The notes beneath the pieces are model-generated. The model saw only the letters and a program-made list of their open reading frames with translations. It was not told the origin of the DNA and ran no database searches. The position numbers and the translations under genes are program-made. From assembly GCF_009914755.1 (NCBI RefSeq), contig NC_060929.1: a stretch of DNA of 64,000 nt; one strand, 5' to 3'. Source of the stretch: the human T2T-CHM13v2.0 reference genome, Homo sapiens. Positions 55,925 to 64,000 of this stretch are shown here, in pieces. The first letter of the stretch is position 1; each line of letters begins with the position of its first letter.

Positions 55925-57517
55925 GTGAGACTATTTGGAGCCAACCTGTTTACTTTTGAGAGGATGTTTGACTCTATTTAGAGCTATCTGTTTATTCCTT
56001 AATTACTAGGTCATACCTGTTTTGAAGCCAACAACTTAGGAGGGAGGGAACATGGGTTAGTCCAGGGGTGGGCTAAATATCTGGTACATCTTGTCCATAG
56101 GCCCAACCCATGATCCGACTCTAAAAACATTTTAGGCACTGACGGAAACTAAGAGGTGGAGTGAGCCAGTGTGATGTCTGCCTTCCAAGGCCATCATTTC
56201 TCATTCCTCTTGTCCTGTCTTAGCCCAAAGAAGAGCTTTCCTGGGACTGTAGAACTAAGTTCAAATCTTAGAATTCTTATTGCTTGTGTAACTTAGAAAA
56301 TTTATGTATCTCTGGATCTCAATGTTTTCATCTGTAAAATGAGTTTTAGACCGAATAGAAACTAAGTTTTAAAAGCCGGTCTCAGGGTTTAACATGTTCT
56401 AGCAGGCATTTGACTCATTCTGTTTCCTTTTTCTTTTACTCTTTTGCTTTTTACTGTATATGTTCCAGTACCTGGAGGGTCCTCCTAATTCAACTATAGT
56501 TGCTTGTTTATATCTATTTTGCAGACAGGGACTCAGGCTAATATTTTGTTTAAGAAAAGTGTTCTCTGGTAAAAAAAAAAAAAGGTCATAAAACATTAAG
56601 AAGTAAGATAGAAGGAAGGAAAGAAACTGCAAATTTATCCTACTATATAAACCATTTCACTTGATAATTTTTTTCACTTAGAAACATTTTTAAAATCTTT
56701 ACAAAATTATAAAAATAAAATTTAAAAAATAAAAATTTGGGGTCCAGATTGGTGGAAATATATATCTAGCCTACAATATCTCACAAATGGGTTACTGACA
56801 AAGCTGGGACTACCACCAGCTATTCTAACCACTACTCACATCACCCCAGGTCTCCTATGCAGTTTCTTCACTAATTTCCACTTTCTTTTCCTTCTCTGCT
56901 GGCCCCAACACGTAATTAAAATAATCAGTCAAGGTTAGTACACCTTAATTACTTATAACATCCATGGTCTAACAACGCTGACATCTTCCTTGGCAGTGTT
57001 AGCCAAGAACATCTGAGAACCTCAGCCTCCACAGTAAACATAGTCTACTAAATTATTTGCCTGGGCTCAACCAGTCTCACTTTTAAAACAATAACAGACA
57101 CCACAAAATTGATCCATAATTGAAAACTCTTTATCTGTAGCAAAAGAGAGCTACTTTTATATTCTACAAAATCTGTGGGGGCCAGAAAGGTTTAGTGGCA
57201 ACTTTATATGTGTCTTATTTGTCACATTCAAAGAGTGGCTCACTTTCTAACATCCATTCTCCTCTTCCTCCTCTGTCTTCATCATAAAAAAATGATATAT
57301 CTATAGTGTTTAAAAATATAAAATATGAGGAAATGACAAAAAAGCAAAATACACACAAACATACCAATTTTAACAAACCTATCTAAAAAATATAGCTAGT
57401 TAGATGTTTCCATATGTAGACACAAATTTATTGAAGTTTAATAAAGTAGGAGTTTTAAAAAATAAAATTACAGTCTTAAGAAATAAAATTACTTTTTGTT
57501 AATATATTATGCCTGAG

Positions 57518-57518
<1 letters not shown>

Positions 57519-57564
<46 letters not shown>
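57519..57564. repeat. (CA)n microsatellite in SPINK5 intron 4
   Basis: ~23 CA units. Confidence 0.97.
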
Positions 57565-57567
<3 letters not shown>

Positions 57568-58149
57568 CTGTAAAAAAAAAAAAAACCCTCTAGATAAAAC
57601 TCTTAATAGCGATGTGGTTCACTACTTAGGAAACTACTTACATAACCAAGTAGTAACTTACATTAAGTTAAGGCAGTTAACATTTGGCTGTGTGCCTTTC
57701 AAATAAGTTCTGTCTAAATTTTTCCTTGTCTCTGTATTTAAAAGGATTCATCCAATTATACCATGTGTTTTTTGTTGTTGTTGTTTTTCTCTCCACTATA
57801 AAACAGAACAATGTGCTGATTTTTTCTGCTTAGACTCCGCCCATCAGAAATCAACCCTGCTACTCCCTCTCAGAATAAGGTGCTCTGCATTTCAAGGAGT
57901 TTCCTCCTACAGACATCCTCTCACTCTCTCTTTCATCACTAATTTTCTTTTCACTAGTATGTCATCCTTTCATTTCCCGACTCTAGTATTCCCTCCATTA
58001 ACAAGTCTTGTTGGTACTGCCTCCAAAGTCTAACTCCTTTTCTCCATTTCCATCCCTACCATCTCAATCCAGTCATCCATAATTTCTGATCTCTGGTGTT
58101 TTGGTACATGTAAAGACTTGTTTTTTTAATTGATGAATTCATTCATTCA

Positions 58150-59250
58150 ATGTTTATCATGATTTAGGTTGCCAACTTTATAGAATATTAAGTTCACACG
58201 AGTCTGTGTGTTTCTGAGGTCCCTCTTTTTTCAGATTCATTTATTGCTTTAATAACTAGTATGGTAAGTCCCCCTTCTTAGTTCATGTTGTTAAAGGTTG
58301 ATGGGACCTATGCATAGATATATGGTTTCCATATACATGTTAGAGATAAAAATAACTGAGTTTATAAAAACTTCATCTTGAATTTGGTAACCCAGTGTGT
58401 TTATGGATACAAAGAATTTGTAAATTAATTGGGGTAAAATTGACTTTTTACAGTATTAATTTTCTAAACTCATGAGCATAGAATAGTTTATGAATAAGTC
58501 ATATAATTTTGATCTACTTTATAAAATTTACAAAATATTCAGATTTTTATAATTTTTGTTAATATTTTTAAAATGTGTAAATTTATTACTATTTTGAATA
58601 TATTTTGTTTTTTATTGTGTTTTATCTGTTTATTGTTGATATAGACAAATTCTATTGATTTCTTCAGGTTAATCTTATGTCAGACAACTTTTGTTTTTGT
58701 TCTTGGTAGTTGATCATATTACCTACATATAACAAGAGTTTTATAATATTCCTTTCAATCTTAGCACATCTTTCTTTCTTTTCTTATATAATTGGTAAAG
58801 GATCCAGACTTCAATAGTTAAACACTAGTGATGGTAATGAACATCAAATAATCCCCTTGTCTCTTCATATTAAAGGGAATACCTCTAAAGTTTCTCCATT
58901 GAATGTAATATTTATCATAGCGGTTTTTACCTCTACACTTCAGCAAGTTTGGAAAATTCCTTTCTATTTTTAGTTTGCTGAATATGTGTTGCTTATTATT
59001 AAAAGTCTTCTTTGCAACTATTAAAATAATTTGATTTTTTAGTCTATTAATATAAATAAATTTCTGGATATATTTCTTAATATTAAACTATTATTATTTT
59101 CTTAGAGTAAATCATACTTTATAATATATTTTAAATAAATTTATGAATTTGGATACTAATATCTTAATTAGAAAATTTGCAATTATGTTCTTAAGTAAGG
59201 TGAATCTCCACTTTTATCTTTTAAATAATTCTTATCTGGCTTGGGAATTT
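58150..59250 (-). mobile_element. Very old L1M ORF2 fragment
   Basis: tttgtaaattaattggggtaaaattgac, tttattgttgatatagacaaattctattgatttc, aaagtttctccattgaatg; approximate. Confidence 0.6.
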
Positions 59251-59269
59251 ACATAAAATTATCCTAAGG

Positions 59270-62200
59270 TGTGACACTTTAGACTCTGACTAAATCAGGT
59301 GGTCAGCAGATCCTCTCCTCAGAAAGCAACTATAAAGCTAGACAAAATTGACCAAAAACCATTTTAGCAATCTGAAAATTGATCAGCAGTCTATACCAAT
59401 CTGAGAAGCATTTATCTTGAAAAACTGCTGACTTTAGGAATAAAACGAGAGGTCTGTGATGTTCTTGCTCAGGGATATTCCCATTTCATCCCCTGGCTTG
59501 GTTGGCATGGAGGTTCTATACAGGGTACAAAGGTCAGCAAAGGCATTGCCATTGTTGAAGAAGGCTAACCTAATTTGGAGTAACGAGCAAAAGTCATACC
59601 CAGAGGTGTTTTCAGTGTAAGTGATAATCTTCACCAAGGGTAAGGAAAATGGTCTGAGGTTGCAGTCATAATTGAAGCAAGTGTATTCCTGGCTGAGCCT
59701 TCACACGTAGTTGAAAGAGCCCAAAGAGGGTCAAGAGATTCGCAAACTCCTAACTGACTATAAAGCTGCGCATATCCGCTTAATAAACACAAAATGTCCC
59801 AGTGAGAAGCAAATGCTGGAGTAGATGCAAAAGTGGCCTGAACTTTGCATGCCCTCCCCTGTACACAAAGGTCTATCTGAGAGGGTGAAAGCATTGTTAG
59901 CTTGAAGTATTTGAACACAAACTGTGTTAAATCCTTAGCTGACCATTAAACTACAAAAACATAGGGGAAAAACATAGGAAGCCAGGCTTAAAAAATAACC
60001 ATGATAGAAACTATCATTTTCTTAGCTGCACATCAGCAGCTGCAATTATGAGAGAGGAAGATTTCAAAGATTTAATCCAGCCACAGAAGCAAAAAAAGAA
60101 TAAAAAAGCAGTGAAAATAATCTTTAAAGAAAAAATTGTAAACCTGAGTACCTATATTATCTAAAATGTTGTTTTTATAATCAAAATGTTCAGTTTTTAT
60201 AATCCACGTTAGTGAGGTTAAAAAAATGTCAGTTTTCACCAAAAGTTATAAAATTTTCAAAGTAACAAGAATATACAACCCATACTCAAGAAAAATAATT
60301 AATGGAGTTTGTCTTTAACTGTGTACAGATGTTAGATGTGGCAGACAAAGACTTGAAGCAACTATTAAAAATGTATTCAGGATACTAAAAAAAATCATGT
60401 TTGAGGGTTCACAAGAAAGTATAATAACAATGAATAAGCCGATAAAAACTTTCAATGAAAAGACAGAATAATTTTTAAAAAGACCCAATGAAAATTCTGG
60501 AGTTGAAGGGCACAATAACTGAAATGAAAAGTTCAGTAGAGAGGCTCAGAAGCAGATTTGTGAATCCTTAAAAAAGGGAATTACCAAACTTGAGGAAAGC
60601 TTAATAAAAACTAACAATGGAAATACAGAGACAGACAATAGAGAAGAAAAATGAACAAAATTATACACTTTTTGAGACAGCAGCAAGAAAGCCAACATAT
60701 GCATAATGGGAATACCACAAATAGAGGTGAGAGAAAAAGGAATACAAAAATTATTTGAAGAAACAATGGCCTAAGATGCCTTAAATTTGATGGAAAAAAA
60801 TTAATTTTAACATTTAAGAAACTCAATACACCCCAAATAGGATAAATATGAAGAGATCCACATATGGCTCATCATGATTAAAATGTTGAAATAAAAAAAA
60901 AAAACAAAGAGAAAATTTAGAAAGTGGCAAGAGAAAAATGACACATCCTATATACAGGCTGTATACAATTAAAAGCTGGCCCCTCATCTAAAATAATGAA
61001 GGCCGGAAGGCAGTAAAATGACATGTTCAGAATGCTGAAAGAAAAAAAAGATTAAGCAATATTCTATATTCTCAAAAGCTATCCTACAAAAATTAAAACA
61101 AAATAAAGATATTACTGTACTAAAGAAATCTGAGAGACTTTGTTGTTAACACAACTACCTTAAAAATAATAATGAAGGAGGTCATTTAGCTGAAAGGAAA
61201 TAACTACCAGATGGTAGCTTGGACCTACAGACAGAAATGAAAAGCACCAGAAATAGTGAAAATTGAGTTAATCTCTTAGCCTTTTTAAAAGAAATAATCT
61301 TAATATATAAGGCAACAATTATAATGCTGTTTTATCAGGTATATATATATATATATATATATGACAACAATAGCATAAAGGGTGATAGAGAAAATAAAGC
61401 TTTATTAAGGCAAAGTTTCTCTATTTTACCAGGATTAAGTATTATTCTGAAGTGGTTTGTAATAAATTAAGGTGCATATTGTAATTACTAGAGTAGCTAC
61501 TAAGAAAATAGCATATATAATAAATATATAACATCAACAAAGGAATTATAAAGGTGTACTAGAAATATTTAACCCAAAACAAGATGGTAGTAGAACAGAG
61601 AAGCAAAAAAAGACAAAAGCATATTGAAAACAAATAGAAAAGTAGAAATGTAAATACAACCATAAAAGTGATTATATTAAACATAAATGGTTTAAACATC
61701 CCAATCAAAATGCAGAAATTGTCAAATGATAACAAAGGAACTATAAGCTATCTCCAGTAGGTGCTCCTTAGATTCAAAGACACAAATAGTTGAAATGATA
61801 ACAGATCGGTACCATGCTAAGTTTAACCGTAAGAGAGCAGGATTGGCTATATTAATATGTGATAAAATAGACATTAAGACATTATTAGAGACAAATAGGG
61901 ATATTTTGTAACTTTAAAAGTGTCAATACGTTAAGCAATATAACAATGATAAATGTATACACACCTAATAGAGGCTCCAAATTTATATAACAAAAAATGC
62001 TATAATTAAAAGAAATGAAAAGAAATGAAGAATTCAAAAATAATCGTTAGGAATTTCAATACTCCACTTAAAATACTGATAGAACAGCTAGACTAAATAT
62101 GACCAAATAGAATACTTGAAGAATACTATCAACTAATTCAACCTAAACTGAAATATAGACAGTGCTTCTCCGTTGATTGTAGAATATGTATTATTTTAAA

Positions 62201-64000
62201 GCAACAGAGGAACATTTTCAGGATACACTATATACTAAGGTACAAACATAATAAATTTTAATATATTAAAATCATATATAGTATTTTTTTTTAACCACAA
62301 CAGAGTTGAATTCAAACCCAGCAAGGAAAATGAATCGTGAAAATCCCCAAATCTTTAGAAATTAGGCAACACACTTCTGGATAATTGGTGGGTTAAAGAA
62401 ACAATCTTGAGAGAAATTGGAAAATAATTTGAATTGAATGAAAACAAAAAGACAACAATTTAAGACTTACTGGACTTGTCTAAAGCACTTTCTAGAGATT
62501 TAAATGGCTTAATCAGAAATAAGAGATAGGATTCAATAATTTAATCCTCTACCTTGAGAATATTAGAAAACAAAGTTTAGCAAACTAAACCCAAAGCAAG
62601 CAGAAGAAGAAACATATAAGGATTGGAGCAGAAATTAGTAAAACACAAAACATACAAATAATAGAAAAAATTAATAAAACCAATGTTGGTTCTTTGAAAA
62701 GATCAACAAACCTGACAAACCCTTAGTTTTATTTTCCCTTCAAGAAAAGAACAGAAGACAAACATTACCAAAATCAAGAGTGAAATAGGAGACATCAGTA
62801 TGTGCCCTGGAGAAACTACAAGGCTTATGATGAATATTATGAAAAATATTATGCCACCACATTAAATAACTTAGATGAAATAGAAAAATTCCTAGAAATA
62901 ACCAAATTATTGAAAATTGACCCAAGAAGAAATGGAAAATCATAATAGACTTACAGCATAAGTAAAGACATTGAATCAGTAATTAAATTTAAAAAAATGC
63001 CCAAGAGCAGATGACTTTATTGGCAATTTCCATTATATACTGAAAGGAGAAATAATATGAATTCTTTACAGATTCATTCAGGAAGAAGAGACACTTTACA
63101 GCTCATTATATCAGTCCAGCATTATTCTGATACAAAATGTAGAAGACATCACAAAAGCAGAAAACTACTGACAAATATTCCTCATAAACATAGACAGAAA
63201 AATCCTTAACAAGACACTGGCTGGCAAATGAATCTGCAATATGAAAAAAATAAATCATTACCAAATAAGAATTATCCCAAGAAAGCAATGTTGGTTTGGG
63301 AACAGAAAATCTATTAGTCTAATACACAATATTAACAGAATAAAGGGCAAAACCACATGATTATCTTAATAGATGTTGAAAAATCACTTATTAAAATCCA
63401 GCACTCATTCAAGATGAAAACTCACACAAAATATTATCAATAGAAGTAAGCTTTTTCAGTCTGATAAAGAACGTCTGTGAAAAACCTACAACTAACATTA
63501 TAATTAATGGTTAGAGAATGAATGCTTTGCCCTTAGGATTGAGAAGAAAGCAAAGGGTGGTTTACTGTCACCACTCCTATTCAACATTGTACTGGAGGTT
63601 CTTAGCCAGTATAAGGCAAAATTAATTAATTAATTAATTAAAGACACTTTTTATTGGAAATGAAGCAACTGTCTTTAATTCCAAAACATGATACCATATA
63701 TGAAAAGTTCTAGGGATCCACAAAAAGAAAAATTACTAGAACTAATAAATGAGTTTAGTAAGATTTCGGTGTGCAAGATTAATAATACAAAATTGTATTT
63801 CTATATACTAGCAATGAACAATTTGAAAATTAAAATATTTCATTCACGATAGCATAAAAAATGTGGAAATGAATTTAACAAAATGAGTACAAGACTTATA
63901 CACTAAAAACTATAAAATGGTACTGAGAAAAATGAAAGATCCAAATAACTAGTGAGATAAATAGTCCATGTTCATAGATGAGAAAACTCAATATTGTTGA
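59270..64000 (+). mobile_element. Long old L1M (5' region, degenerate ORF1 and ORF2) in sense orientation within SPINK5 intron 4; continues past the window
   Basis: ORF1-like gaaattctggagttgaa...ataactgaaatgaaaa; ORF2-like ttggttctttgaaaagatcaacaaa, aaccacatgattatcttaatagatg, tcaccactcctattcaacattgtactggaggtt; many stops and frameshifts. Confidence 0.85.

Overview
Primate (human-like) AT-rich, repeat-dense genomic DNA, not prokaryotic. Nearly all entries in the ORF track are Alu, L1, MaLR or microsatellite read-throughs. The one clear gene is missed by the track: the 5' part of SPINK5 (LEKTI) on the + strand. It has a TATA/Inr promoter near 47.66-47.69 kb and coding exons 1-4 (47752-47806, 49054-49079, 54027-54154, 55852-55924), which splice into MKIATVSVLLPLALCLIQDAASKNEDQEMCHEFQAFMKNGKLFCPQDKKFFQSLDGIMFINKCATCKMILEKEAKSQKRARHLARAPKATAPTE. 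Intron 4 runs off the end of the window. The ~47 kb upstream is mostly transposon-derived: a twin-primed, 5'-inverted L1PA2/3, several other L1s, about 10 Alus (more lie in the introns), a full-length THE1B nested in an ERV1 LTR, and MER/MIR/L2 fossils. The most notable observations are a ~300-bp AT-rich hairpin plus a templated duplication built from a MIR (20.2-21.1 kb), two uORFs in the 65-nt SPINK5 leader (one stop overlapping the main ATG), an inversion junction that creates an in-frame ATG for a 756-aa L1 ORF2 fragment, a probable short L1 3' transduction, a multiply template-switched L1, and candidate upstream non-coding micro-exons. I found no evidence for a wholly new biological system. 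Repeat subfamily calls are from recalled consensus sequences, and the boundaries of old repeats are approximate.
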